From NCBI GenBank assembly GCA_965219455.1, contig OZ244744.1, positions 3,264,001-3,328,000 on the forward strand: a DNA stretch of 64,000 nucleotides, read 5' to 3'. Positions 9,460 to 19,418 of this stretch are shown here, one piece after another; the stretch's first letter is position 1, and every line of letters starts with the position of its first letter. The notes beneath the pieces are model-generated. The model was not told the DNA's origin. It worked only from the letters and a program-made list of their open reading frames with translations, and did not search any database. The position numbers and the translations under genes are program-made. This DNA is from Candidatus Latescibacterota bacterium. GTDB taxonomy: Bacteria > Latescibacterota > UBA2968 > GCA-2709665.

Positions 9460-10347
9460 TTATAGCTTCTTGTGAACCGCCCGGAGCACCGTGTTCAACT
9501 GGCTCGTAAGGAATGGCGATACCGTCCCAACGGCGCCGACCGACTCAAGAAGCGGGAACGTGCTCCCGTGCCACCCGCCATTTTTATCGTTCACATGTCT
9601 TCCGATGACCACCCCGGATGGGCCGATATGGCAACGGAGCCGGTCAAGGCCATCCTTGATTACGTCAACGGGGAGCGACCCCCCGGTCTTTCGGGACCAC
9701 GCCACCAGAAAGTATATCCCCCTCAGGATGTCATATTCGAAGAAGCGGGGAAAGAGCGGCTTCAACCACGCGGGGTTGATGACACGGCCGTCTATCTTTG
9801 AATAAACCAGGCGATGTTCGATGAGGTACCGCGCACCCTCATCCAGGAATTTCATTTCAGCATCAGTGTATCTTCGATTGGTGAAGAACAGAATGGCTTC
9901 CAGCGGAGGCAGCGTAGATACGATGGAGCTTTTTCCTGACTCGCGATAGGCCGCCGGCGAGCAATTCAAGCCGCCGTCCGGCAATTGGTGTCGCAAAAAC
10001 CAGTCTCGCATCCAGGGCAGTTCGGCATCCACGTCGCATCCACGCGATGCCAGTATCATGTAAAATACGCCTAACTCGCAGTGGCAACAGTCCATTTTAG
10101 CCCGGTCGGAATCGCGTCGCGGCGCATCCTCGCGTGCGATGACGAACCTGGGCCAGGCGCCATTCTTCAGCAGTTCCAGCGCCTTGACGACGGCCGATTC
10201 CGGAACACGCGCGGATTCCCCCATCTCGTACAGCGCCGCCATATGCCACCAGGGTCCGTTCCACTTCATCCGGCTCTTCCGGTCCGGTATGGGAAAGATA
10301 TCGTCGGCCTTCAGAACCTCCAATGTCAAATCGATTGCACGCGGCAT
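9460..10347 (-). CDS. Hypothetical protein with prenyltransferase/squalene-cyclase-like repeat
   Basis: WFLRHQLPDGGLNC (QxxDGGW-like repeat), FPRFFEYDILRG. Confidence 0.6.
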   Translation of the reverse strand: MPRAIDLTLEVLKADDIFPIPDRKSRMKWNGPWWHMAALYEMGESARVPESAVVKALELLKNGAWPRFVIAREDAPRRDSDRAKMDCCHCELGVFYMILASRGCDVDAELPWMRDWFLRHQLPDGGLNCSPAAYRESGKSSIVSTLPPLEAILFFTNRRYTDAEMKFLDEGARYLIEHRLVYSKIDGRVINPAWLKPLFPRFFEYDILRGIYFLVAWSRKTGGSLPVDVIKDGLDRLRCHIGPSGVVIGRHVNDKNGGWHGSTFPLLESVGAVGTVSPFLTSQLNTVLRAVHKKL

Positions 10348-10407
10348 ACCGGCTCCTGTTTCACCGCCTGGTATTCCACTCTGGTATATGACATACCCCC
10401 ATGGGCT

Positions 10408-11409
10408 CTACAATTGATCTTTGGCCATTGTCGCCACGGCGATATGCATCCCCTCGCCGTTGTCGCCACCCTCGAACAGATTGAAATTTGTCTTCAGATT
10501 GCACCCCGCGTAATACAGCCGCAACGTGTCGCCGATATCCACCACGCACGGCGTCGATACCGTCTTCCAGTCGAACCGGTTCAGATCCCGCGAGGCGGCA
10601 AACGCGGGGGTCTCGTGATTCAGCGTCCAGTTAATTCCATCTGTCGACGTATCGCAGAAGATCTCGTGGTAGACCATATTCATCGGACCGTCCTTCTTCT
10701 TCAGATGTCCGATATGCCACATGTAATACGTCCCATTGATCTTATGAACTTCCGGATAGACGCACGACTTCGTGTTGCCCGTTGCCTGAACGGAAGGGTG
10801 TTCACGCCGCGTCCATGCAATCCCATCCTCCGACGCGTATTCGTAGACGTACGCATAGGCCGTTTCCCACGAGTCATCGGGGTTGGGTCTGGCGTTGAGC
10901 CACATACGATAGCGGCCGTCTTCCTTGTGAACGCACGGCGCCCGGCATTCCCGGATCAGAGGCTCGGGCCAGAAATCCCAGCGGATTCCGTCCCTGCTGG
11001 TCGCGTAACCCAGGTCGCTCCGGATATCCTTCGCGAGGATGCCGTCGTCTCGATACTCCACGTGGGTCGTGCTCAGGAACCACATCTTGTAATGTTGCTC
11101 GTCCTCGTCGTACAGCACTCTGGGGGTATGCAGGCTCTGACCCCATGTAAGACTGTCGGCCGTCAGAATCGGATTGTCGGGGTGGAGCGTCCATGCGAGG
11201 CCGTCGTCCGATTCGGCGTATCCGATACACGTTCTGTACAGCGTCGGACGCACCTCCGAACCGGAAAACCACATCCGGTACTTACCCTCGGCGTAGATGA
11301 CACGCGGACAATAGATGTTACATTTCATCCACGGCTGCGGCGGGGGCGAATTGCTGAAAATGGGTGAATCCGGTCTCGCCCACGGTTGTGATTGTAATGG
11401 TGCCGTCAT
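10408..11409 (-). CDS. Five-bladed beta-propeller protein (GH32/43/130-like)
   Basis: Repeated blades Y.MWF...IGYAESDDG..W...NPIL. ATG 11409 follows a GGAGGT SD. Confidence 0.75.
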   Translation of the reverse strand: MTAPLQSQPWARPDSPIFSNSPPPQPWMKCNIYCPRVIYAEGKYRMWFSGSEVRPTLYRTCIGYAESDDGLAWTLHPDNPILTADSLTWGQSLHTPRVLYDEDEQHYKMWFLSTTHVEYRDDGILAKDIRSDLGYATSRDGIRWDFWPEPLIRECRAPCVHKEDGRYRMWLNARPNPDDSWETAYAYVYEYASEDGIAWTRREHPSVQATGNTKSCVYPEVHKINGTYYMWHIGHLKKKDGPMNMVYHEIFCDTSTDGINWTLNHETPAFAASRDLNRFDWKTVSTPCVVDIGDTLRLYYAGCNLKTNFNLFEGGDNGEGMHIAVATMAKDQL

Positions 11410-11635
11410 AGTACCTCCCAGGTTTCGCGTGGAAACTAGCGTTTCGATTCCCGAGCCGAAGCCTCGCCCCGAAACCCAACTAGAAATCCGAAACAAACAC
11501 TTCCGAAATTAGCTGCACCTGTTCCATGAATGGGTGGTCGTGCCGTGAACTTTTACCCGAATTCTGTAATCGTGTACCCTGGTGCGGATCCGGGAGTGTG
11601 TCTGCCGCTACATTGATGAGACGAATCCGGATCAG

Positions 11636-12061
11636 TCAGTCCTCGATCACACCCATACGCGCGGCGACGCCGGCCGGGCCACGCCTGCCGGCAATCACCT
11701 CTACAGGAGTGGGAATCAGCCACTCCCCTCCGGCCTTTGTCGCCCCCCTCACACGGCCATCGCGGGCAAGCTTCCGCACTCGGCGTTCCGAGACGCCCAA
11801 CCGAATGGCAGCCTGCCGGACCGTGACGTTGGCGACATCATCGGCGGGGGTCTCGGACGCCAACTCGAACTCAACGGGGCTCGGCTGCTTGAGCGTGCTG
11901 ATGTCGTGGATCAGGAACCCGATCACCTCTCCGTCGTCGCTCAGCCGCTTGAGGATGCGCTCGTCGTTGGTGGGGCTGAAGTACCCCTCCCTGAACGCCC
12001 ACAAGACCTCTAGCATGTCCCCGTCGTCGTCGTACCAGACAGACACCGTCTTACTGGCCAT
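11636..12061 (-). CDS. DUF2283 + HTH (excisionase-like) protein, putative antitoxin
   Basis: VWYDDDGDML...GEVIGFLI (DUF2283) followed by TVRQAAIRLGVSERRVRKLARDGR..A.K.G.EWLIP (HTH_17). Confidence 0.75.
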   Translation of the reverse strand: MASKTVSVWYDDDGDMLEVLWAFREGYFSPTNDERILKRLSDDGEVIGFLIHDISTLKQPSPVEFELASETPADDVANVTVRQAAIRLGVSERRVRKLARDGRVRGATKAGGEWLIPTPVEVIAGRRGPAGVAARMGVIED

Positions 12062-12063
12062 CT

Positions 12064-12357
12064 TCAATCTCCTTTGATTCTCCGGGCGAGATAGGCGGTG
12101 AGGATGAAGGAGTAGCTCGTCCCCCTCTTCACTACGAGGCAAATATAGCGGTTCCTGCCCCGCAGGTCCGGGTATAGCCGGTAGTAGAGCTGGACCGTCG
12201 GGCTGGACCTGGAGGACCTGACCGCATCGGGCCTGGCGAGTGTTTCTTCGATCCGGTGCATCTGAAAGGCCATTTCAGGGTGCCTTCGCAGCAGGTGCCG
12301 GAGCCGCTCGTCGGTAAGCCGAACCTCGTTTCCACGCTCATCGGTGAAACGCCGCAC
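12064..12357 (-). CDS. RelE/PBECR-fold putative toxin
   Basis: VRLTDERLRHL..RHPEM...IEETL..PD...LYYR...VVK...FILTAY. Lies 2 bp upstream of the DUF2283 gene. Confidence 0.65.
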   Translation of the reverse strand: MRRFTDERGNEVRLTDERLRHLLRRHPEMAFQMHRIEETLARPDAVRSSRSSPTVQLYYRLYPDLRGRNRYICLVVKRGTSYSFILTAYLARRIKGD

Positions 12358-12490
12358 GCCGGTCTCCCATCACCAGATACCGTACCGTAAAGTATACCGA
12401 AATACGGAATAGTGCAACAAGAAACTGTTCTGCAATTGTTGTCAGGCCAGTCCAAAATAGTTTGTAATTGAGGTGCGTGCCCCCTTTTGC

Positions 12491-14689
12491 TCAGTCCTCA
12501 GGTTCAGCGAAACAATATAGCCGCCCGTCATAGTCGCCCACGCAGAACCCGTCTTCGGTCAGACACGGCGCGGCCGTGATCGGGGAGCCGAAAGGCGTAC
12601 GGCTGATGCATGCGCCGGTCCGCGCATTCAGTACGTAAAGGCAACCGTCTCCACCACAGATGAGCAGACAGTCGTTATAAATGACCGGCGCCGCAAGGAT
12701 GGATCGAACCCCGCGGCGCGCAGGAACCATGTCCATTAGATCGTTGCCCGACTGGAAGCGCCACAGCAACGCACCCGATGGGACGTCGAAACACAATGCC
12801 TCGCCGTCCGGCGTTGTCGCGTACAACCGGTCGCCCCCTATTACGAGCCCGGTGGGATACCTCGACGGAAGAACCGGACGGTGCCAGACCACGTCTCCCG
12901 AATTGACTCCCAGGACGGCCAGGTGCGCCGGGTCCCCTTCAAACCAGTGCAGACTGGGGGCGTCGCTGCCGGTGACCAGCAGTCCTCCGTCCACCGCCGG
13001 CCGAGCATAGGGATTTTCGACGCCCAGGGTGCGCTCCCAGACCACCGTCCCGTTGCGCTTGTCCAACGCCAACAACCCCCGGCGCTGAACGAGCACAATG
13101 AGCAGGTCGCCGCAGACCTGTGGGCTCGCGTAGCAGGGCCAGCCGTCGCCGCCTTCGATTTCAGCGTACCACTTTTGGGCCCCGGTATTGAGGTCGTAAG
13201 CGCCGATACCGGCCTTGCCGCCGGCGTACACCGTCTCGCCGTCAATCACCGGAGAGGCATAGATCCACCGTTCCGGAAAACCGGGCAGGTCGGCCTGCCA
13301 GCGAAGGTGACCTGAGCCCGTTTCAATGACATATAGTCTCCCGGCAACGGACACGGCCGCGCATAGATCGGTCCCATCGTTAGGAGAGTCTGACGCGGTC
13401 GTAATTGCCGCGCTGTTCTTTACAGCTGTATCCGTAGATACGCGCCATACACGCGCGCCGCTTCGAGCGTCGATACACGCGACGCCGTTTTGGGCGGGAT
13501 ATCCTTCGTCCGCCAGGCTCACGAGGATCCGGTTGCCGGAACAGACGGGTGAGGCCCGGTGCAGCCCCACGGGAAGATGATGCGTCCAGAGCTGCCGCAG
13601 GCCTCTGCCGGTCTTATCGAGCGAAATCGACTCATTATCCTCGCGTGGCGATGGGCTCGCAGTCCGTGTGAGAGACCTGAGCCTGAACGCGAAGTCCTCC
13701 TCTCGAAATTCCACGATACGATAACCCCGCGGCCGTGTATCCAGACCACCGAAACAGAGCGGCGGCGCGGTAGCGACGATAACCCCGTCCCGGGTGAACA
13801 CCTTGCTGGAGTGCCAATGCCCATGCATAGCGAGCTTTACCCGGTACCGGCGCAACGAATTCAGGAAAGGAATGGACGGTGGCTTGTGAAGGAACACGAC
13901 GATTCCACGGTCACGGGGCTGCTGCGCCAGGTCCGCCCGCAGCCATTCCTCCTTCCGCTTCCGGTCCTGCGGTGAGAAGAAATTCTCCTCGTTCGGATAG
14001 AGGACAAAATGCCAGCGCCCACGATCGAAACTGTAATATGGCGGACCGAGTACCTGTTCGTAGTTGCGCGTGAAGGTTTCACCGTCGCGCTGCTTCAGGA
14101 TCTCCTCGATCTTCGCGTATTCCCTCCTGTGTTTCAATGCGACAAGCTCGTCGACAGTCAGATCGCCAAAGCGCTCGTGATTTCCGTCGTGACCGCCGAA
14201 CATGGGCAATACCGGCGTCGAAACGGAATTGATGGCGTGGCGAAACTGTTCGAGTTCCTCCAGCGTCCCCCAATCCGTCAGGTCCCCGCTCGCAACGAGC
14301 AGATCCGGCGCTGCTTCCCGTACGAGCTGTCGCAGATCCTGCGACAATAGCTTGCCGTGGGTCCGGTCTGCGTCCATCACGACATGGGTATCGCTAATGT
14401 GCGCCATCGAGAAGGTTCGCTGATCCCGATCCGGCAGCGGCTTGAGTTCGAAATCCACCCCGCGTTGGTCGCCGGACCATCCGAGCGTTGACCGGTAGAA
14501 CTCCTCCCCGAGCCGGTAACCGCCGGGAACCGTCACGAAAATGAACCGATGCCCGCCCGGCGAGATCTCCAGGGCATAGCGCCCGTCGGCATCCGTCCGC
14601 ACCACGTGCTCCCCGTTGGAAACGGAGACGTTCACCAGCCTGCGGTCCGATGCCATTTCCCGAACACTGCCTTCGACCTGTATTGTCAT
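12491..14689 (-). CDS. Calcineurin-like metallophosphoesterase fused to PQQ-like beta-propeller repeats
   Basis: DTH, GDLTD, GGHD, GHWH motifs. N-term VSVSNG..VVRTDADG. C-term repeated D..TG...W blades. Confidence 0.85.
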   Translation of the reverse strand: MTIQVEGSVREMASDRRLVNVSVSNGEHVVRTDADGRYALEISPGGHRFIFVTVPGGYRLGEEFYRSTLGWSGDQRGVDFELKPLPDRDQRTFSMAHISDTHVVMDADRTHGKLLSQDLRQLVREAAPDLLVASGDLTDWGTLEELEQFRHAINSVSTPVLPMFGGHDGNHERFGDLTVDELVALKHRREYAKIEEILKQRDGETFTRNYEQVLGPPYYSFDRGRWHFVLYPNEENFFSPQDRKRKEEWLRADLAQQPRDRGIVVFLHKPPSIPFLNSLRRYRVKLAMHGHWHSSKVFTRDGVIVATAPPLCFGGLDTRPRGYRIVEFREEDFAFRLRSLTRTASPSPREDNESISLDKTGRGLRQLWTHHLPVGLHRASPVCSGNRILVSLADEGYPAQNGVACIDARSGARVWRVSTDTAVKNSAAITTASDSPNDGTDLCAAVSVAGRLYVIETGSGHLRWQADLPGFPERWIYASPVIDGETVYAGGKAGIGAYDLNTGAQKWYAEIEGGDGWPCYASPQVCGDLLIVLVQRRGLLALDKRNGTVVWERTLGVENPYARPAVDGGLLVTGSDAPSLHWFEGDPAHLAVLGVNSGDVVWHRPVLPSRYPTGLVIGGDRLYATTPDGEALCFDVPSGALLWRFQSGNDLMDMVPARRGVRSILAAPVIYNDCLLICGGDGCLYVLNARTGACISRTPFGSPITAAPCLTEDGFCVGDYDGRLYCFAEPED

Positions 14690-14862
14690 TAATCAACCCG
14701 CCTGAAATCCTGCGTGAGGAACAAGAAACGAGCCCGTTCCCAGTTGCGAAAAGGGGCCGTCACAATAGAACCGATTCTGCGAATCGACCGATCATCATCG
14801 GTATGGCGTTCAGGGCTCATCAGCGCCTCGGAATAGTACACAGCCCAATGGCAGTGGGTCCT

Positions 14863-15863
14863 TCAAACGTTGGCTGTTTGACGGTAGGTAGTACGAAAGT
14901 TGGTCTCCGATAGCCATTTCCGGAACGACTCGTTGTCGCTGAACTGCTTGAATAGCTCGGCGTGGTCGGACAGCAGTTCCGTCACGGCCCTTTCGAGCGC
15001 CTTGTCGTGCTCGATCCGTGCGTTCTGCCTGTCCGAGTTTTCCATCGCGTTCCGGTACGCCTTATCAGCTGCGACCTTCGCGGGCAACTCTTCGGCGATG
15101 CCCCTACCGATCTTGTCACCGTCCTTCCAATCGATATTTCCGAACAGTTCGTTGAACATCCTCAGTATGTTGCTCAGACGGTCAATCTCGGGATCGGGCT
15201 TTCCAGTTCCCACGCCGGTCGGCACGGGACCGAACTCGAACAGCTTTTCGGCGGGGCCTCGGTCGCGTTTGTACTACTCAATCGCATCCTCTACTGTCTG
15301 TTTGGTGAGGCTGTTCTTTAGTTCGAACGTGGCAACCGACAGGCCGTTGATGAACAGGCACAAATCGAGAGCAAGCCGCGTATTGTCACGGCTGTATTGC
15401 AGTTGCCGGGTGACGCTGAAGCGGTTATGCTCGTACCGAGCCCTGGCTTTTTCGTTGCCCGGCGAAGGTGCGCCGTAGAACGAGTCGATCTGGTGGCGTC
15501 CATACTTGATCCCCCTGCGCAGGACATCAATGGTGCCGCGCTTGGCTATCTCGTCCTGCAGGCGAGCCAGAAACTTGCGCCTGCCTGCCGCGGCTGCGGC
15601 GCAGGCAGGCCGCGTCGGGCTGTCCTGCCCGAGGTCCAACGCCTGTGCAACGACGGGTTGGGTCAGACCCAGAAACGTCGAAAGGTGATTCAGGTCGACA
15701 CAATATTCGCGGTCATAGTCGTGAGGATCCCAGGAAGCCACCCCGCACTATAGGTGGCGGGCCTGTCACCCGAATCGCCTGGTCGTGACCCAATGTTCGG
15801 GTCGCCGGCCAACGACCTGCAAATGAGGCTTTCAAGACCGCGTTCGGAGGTGTCGGTGGTCAA
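14863..15863 (-). pseudogene. hsdR: Type I R-M HsdR remnant (frameshift, nonsense codon, large internal deletion)
   Basis: MTTDTSERGLE start at TTG 15863, frameshift near 15735, nuclease region LDL.LFING....FELKNSLTKQ, TAG at 15274, then YKRDR..EKLFEFG joined in frame to the C-terminal PEIDRLSNIL...ELFKQFSDNESF. The helicase region is absent. Confidence 0.85.
15580..15609. repeat. CCTGCCTGC...GCAGGCAGG palindromic insertion inside hsdR
   Basis: Adds PACAAAAAG within the DSPTR-RKFL segment. A related element lies at about 58245-58277. Confidence 0.6.
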
Positions 15864-15873
15864 GAAGGAGGTC

Positions 15874-15930
15874 TCCAGTCAATTACCCGTCAATTAAACA
15901 AATACAATAAAATCAATGGGTTATAGAATT
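15874..15930 (+). repeat. 57-bp direct repeat, copy 1 (contains IHF consensus)
   Basis: TCCAGTCAATTACCCGTCAATTAAACAAATACAATAAAATCAATGGGTTATAGAATT, one mismatch to 17783-17839. Confidence 0.9.
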
Positions 15931-16121
15931 TCAACGGCTGTCGGGTGTTCCCTGATCAATTGGCCGTCTATTGCGCTTCTGTGGCGTAACTTACTGAAAA
16001 AGAATAATATGTTGGCCCATTCAACCTTTTTTGGGATCGTTCGATCATTTATCCATCAATTGATACAATTCCGGGCGGTTTCCGAGACGTCGGGCCGTCG
16101 CTCAATCCCGGCCAATCGAGG

Positions 16122-17588
16122 TCAGGCCCAGTATGGGACGTATTTCATCATTCTTCGGGAGGCATTCTCGTCATACGGCTTGATCATGCCGGCGTCCATG
16201 GCCTCGCGAATGCGGCGAGACGCGACAGCCTTGTTGTTTGGCTTGATGCCGAACCTTTCTCGAAGTGATGCATTGGTCAGGAAATCTCGCATTACATACT
16301 TGAGGCATGCATGCAGGTAGCAGGCTCTCACACGCTCCTCTCCGTCCATGTCAGCCAGGGTCTTGTGGGCAAAGAGGACCGCACGAGTAGAACCGGGTGG
16401 AACCTCGAAAAGCGGCGCCGGCAAATGGTATGACTCAATTTCAAGGACAACCTTGTCGATCCCGCTGCCCCGTTCCTCGCAGATGCGAACCTGGCGCATC
16501 AGTGAGGCCAGGGTCTCGTTGCGGGACTTTGGAGGTGTGTCCAGGAAACGTTGCGTATCCACGAGGGGCTCGCCGGGATTCGTAATCTCTATGCGATCAT
16601 CGAAGATCTCTACCATCGGTCCCGCACCGGTGACGAGAAAGTCCTGATGGATGAGCGCGTTGGCAACGAGTTCTCGAATGGCCAGGTCGGGGAACATCGG
16701 CAACGTCCTTCGCAAGGCCTGTTGGATTACTTCGTTCGAGGGCACGAGCGCCATGATGTAGTCGATAATTCCTTTGAATCCAACCGCATAGCCGCGAACG
16801 CCTTCCTGCTCTCTCAATGTGTCTATCCGGCCCTTACCCCGGTACTGTATGACGCGCATGGCTTTGCGCTTCAGATTCGGGAAGTCGCCGAGGTCCCTGG
16901 CGAAAAGAATGGCGCCCACGTTCGTTATGTCGAAGCCGCCCGCTTCGCCGGGGGCGATGAGTCGGTCACGCTGCAATGCATAAAGGATCGCTTCACGACC
17001 ATCGGGAAGCGGCAATTCAAGCAAGTCGAAGTACGACGGGTAGTCGATCATTGACAGAACATCACTGTCACTTACTCGTTCGGTGGCGATGCCATCTTCG
17101 AAGCGCACCCGGTCGAAAACGCGCCAGAGTGCTCGTTCCTTTTCCTGATAGTCTTTGAGTTTTCTCTTTGTGCTGCCAATACGGATAAACTCGACGCCCG
17201 CGAAGGCGACTGGGTGCCGGGAGGTATGATCAATCTCCATGATTACGACCCGCTTCCCGTCGATCGTTACTTCGTGGAAACGGAAGTCTATGCGTGGCTT
17301 CAATAACCGGAGTAACCAAGTCTCCAGCGGTTCGTTGCCCTTCTTCGCAACAGCGGGAGAAAAGTCTGTGCCAACAATGTCGTGAGTTTCATTTTCCACG
17401 CCCCACATAATATATGCGTGTACCTTGTCGTGCAGGGCTGCCGCGTTGGATAACGCTGAGACGTACTGCCCGATGGTCTGCGGCTTGCGGTGATTGACCT
17501 TGAATTCGACCCATTCGGTCTCATGTGGCAGGTTGTGCAACTCCCGTACCAGGCCGACAAGGTAGTCATGGTTTCTATTGGTTGCCAT
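16122..17588 (-). CDS. AlbA_2 (Schlafen-like) + HATPase_c_4 (RecG C-terminal-like) + wHTH protein
   Basis: ETEWVEFK...SALSN...WGVE.ETHDIVG, then AIRELVANALIHQDF...IEITNPG...SRNE.LA...CEERGSGIDK. Confidence 0.9.
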   Translation of the reverse strand: MATNRNHDYLVGLVRELHNLPHETEWVEFKVNHRKPQTIGQYVSALSNAAALHDKVHAYIMWGVENETHDIVGTDFSPAVAKKGNEPLETWLLRLLKPRIDFRFHEVTIDGKRVVIMEIDHTSRHPVAFAGVEFIRIGSTKRKLKDYQEKERALWRVFDRVRFEDGIATERVSDSDVLSMIDYPSYFDLLELPLPDGREAILYALQRDRLIAPGEAGGFDITNVGAILFARDLGDFPNLKRKAMRVIQYRGKGRIDTLREQEGVRGYAVGFKGIIDYIMALVPSNEVIQQALRRTLPMFPDLAIRELVANALIHQDFLVTGAGPMVEIFDDRIEITNPGEPLVDTQRFLDTPPKSRNETLASLMRQVRICEERGSGIDKVVLEIESYHLPAPLFEVPPGSTRAVLFAHKTLADMDGEERVRACYLHACLKYVMRDFLTNASLRERFGIKPNNKAVASRRIREAMDAGMIKPYDENASRRMMKYVPYWA

Positions 17589-17589
17589 G

Positions 17590-17775
17590 TTATGACCTCT
17601 TACGTCGTGTCGAAGCCATTTACGATCTTCGCCTCACCGTCGGTCACGGCTTCCGCAGGACGCAGGACTCCAGCTGATCGGTCTCCTGTGGCAGATTAGC
17701 CACCGCCTCGCTCACGTGTGTATCTTTCTGGTAAACACATCCGAGGTGAATAGCGCGTGGACGCCAGTAGTCATG
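17590..17775 (-). pseudogene. Degenerate HsdS C-terminal remnant
   Basis: Broken frames give SDVFTRK...EAVANLPQETDQ, like the HsdS tail ADVVTGKLDVREAAARLP. Confidence 0.45.
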
Positions 17776-17782
17776 AGGCGTT

Positions 17783-17839
17783 TCCAGTCAATTACCCGTC
17801 AATTAAACAAATGCAATAAAATCAATGGGTTATAGAATT
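17783..17839 (+). repeat. 57-bp direct repeat, copy 2
   Basis: One mismatch to 15874-15930. Confidence 0.9.
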
Positions 17840-18225
17840 AGGGTGTCGTTCCGACGATTCTCGATCAATTAGCGGCCAATGGAAATTCAGGCTCCGGCGC
17901 CTGACAACCTCCGAGATCGGGCCGCATGTCAGGTGGCGCGGCAATCGCGGTTGGACTACAACGAGCGCGTTTCTCATCGTCCCCGGAGGATCTACCCACC
18001 GAACACATGAATTAAGACTTTTTTTACTTGCAGATTTATGCTTTGTCAAGAAAAAATGTAGTAATAAAGCACAAAAAAACAGATACTTATAAAATTATTT
18101 ATGCCGAACTTGTGCCAAGTTTATGCTTTTGGGTCTATTTCTCGTTTTCTGGCACAATTCCACAAGAAGCTCTGCCGACATACCGGCAAGCCGCCCTCGC
18201 AACTGCGACATTTCGACCGCGTCCA

Positions 18226-18602
18226 TCAAAATTGGGATACTCGCTGGAACCAACTCACAAGAGTGTCTTTGAATCTCAGAAGCGATTCATCCTCACATCG
18301 TCGCAGAGATACCTTTTCTGCAATTTGCTGGTACAGGGATGAACTGCGGGGTATCGGGCCTCTATCGCCAATTCAAACCTGTCGCCCTGTCGACGAAAAA
18401 GAAGCTCTTGCGGATTCGGAGTACCCTCTGGCAGCGCAAAGTCCAGCCCCTTCGATACCAGGTCTCTCAGAAAGCCGATAACGTCCAGAAAAGTCGTTTT
18501 GCCCGACGCATTCGGGCCGACCAGGACGTGAAACGGGTTCAGTGGTCTCTGCACGTACTTTAAACAGCGGTAATTCAGCGCTTCAATCAGCGTGATCATC
18601 AA
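18226..18602 (-). pseudogene. Deletion fusion of an AAA ATPase N-terminus (MAD3-like) and the C-terminus of its partner (MAD4-like)
   Basis: MITLIEALNYRCL...VLVGPNASGKTTFLD (Walker A). After about 18355 another frame reads IPRSSSLYQQIAEKVSLRRCEDESLLRFKDTLVSWF...* (stop 18226). Confidence 0.6.
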
Positions 18603-18771
18603 CTAACTCCGTATTGGAGAATTTATCAATCGAGTCGAGCGTTTCCGAACCATTTGGCAGACCGGATTGCTCAAGACTTCCTTCACTTAAATGAGTGATC
18701 ATTTACCCTATCCCGTTCATTACACACGAACTACCAATTCGCCGTAAGAGTATTGTGAATTCCCACATCCA

Positions 18772-18996
18772 TCACGATTGCCGCCGAATTCTTACGCTAA
18801 GTAGTCGATTTATGTCCGGAGTATCCATCCGGAATGCAATATCGCTGACATCTCCTATATTCAGAGTAATCGCGTCACTTCCGAGTGTGCCCGTATCTAT
18901 AGCGAAACGGAATTCTTTCTGATATTCGTATTGCCTGGGTTTGCTGAATATAGAGTCCAAATTCGATTCAGGGGGCGAGGTGCCGACTTCAGTCAA
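18772..18996 (-). pseudogene. C-terminal fragment of a hypothetical protein (KxxxYxYQKEFR motif)
   Basis: FSKPRQYEYQKEFRFAI...LNIGDVSDIA. No plausible N-terminal part. Confidence 0.4.
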
Positions 18997-19023
18997 GACA
19001 CGTTCGGAGGAAGGATTTTTTCA

Positions 19024-19320
19024 TTACCATTGGATCCAGATTCGTCGTTTGTAGTTGGCGCATATGAATCTGCGGTTTCGCGCCTGGCCGGTAAATTCGT
19101 GCAAGATGTCGAAGCCAGTCAATCGGTTGACGAGATTGTTGGCTGCCGTGTACGTCCTCCCGGTCAACTCCTGAATGTCGCCGAGCGAAAACATCGGGCG
19201 TTCGTGGAGACATTCCAAGACTCGACGTCCGTTGCTCGGCAGATCGAACCATCCGTCCGATGCGTAAAGCAGCCCCATCGTATAAGCGTTTATCCGACCT
19301 ATAGTAAAGGCTACGTTCAC
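19024..19320 (-). pseudogene. Fic-family protein C-terminal wHTH fragment
   Basis: VLECLHERP...IQELTGRTYTAANNLVNRL...ILHEFTGQARNRRF matches Fic C-termini. The Fic motif is absent. Confidence 0.6.
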
Positions 19321-19418
19321 TATAGCGCATGACCGCGGCCTTATTGTAGGCTGGGTTTAATATGGGAAACAACCGTTTTCATGTAAAGCCCTACGTTCAA
19401 TAAGGGTACCACTTAGCG

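Noticed and set aside
15274-15276. In-frame TAG in hsdR as pyrrolysine or recoding readthrough
   Set aside because: Position corresponds to Gln in EQYK (CAG to TAG), and the gene also has a frameshift and a large deletion. Other genes use TAG as a normal stop.
18028-18481. Plus-strand ORFs 18028..18342 and 18101..18481
   Set aside because: Antisense to recognisable minus-strand pseudogene fragments, with no motifs.
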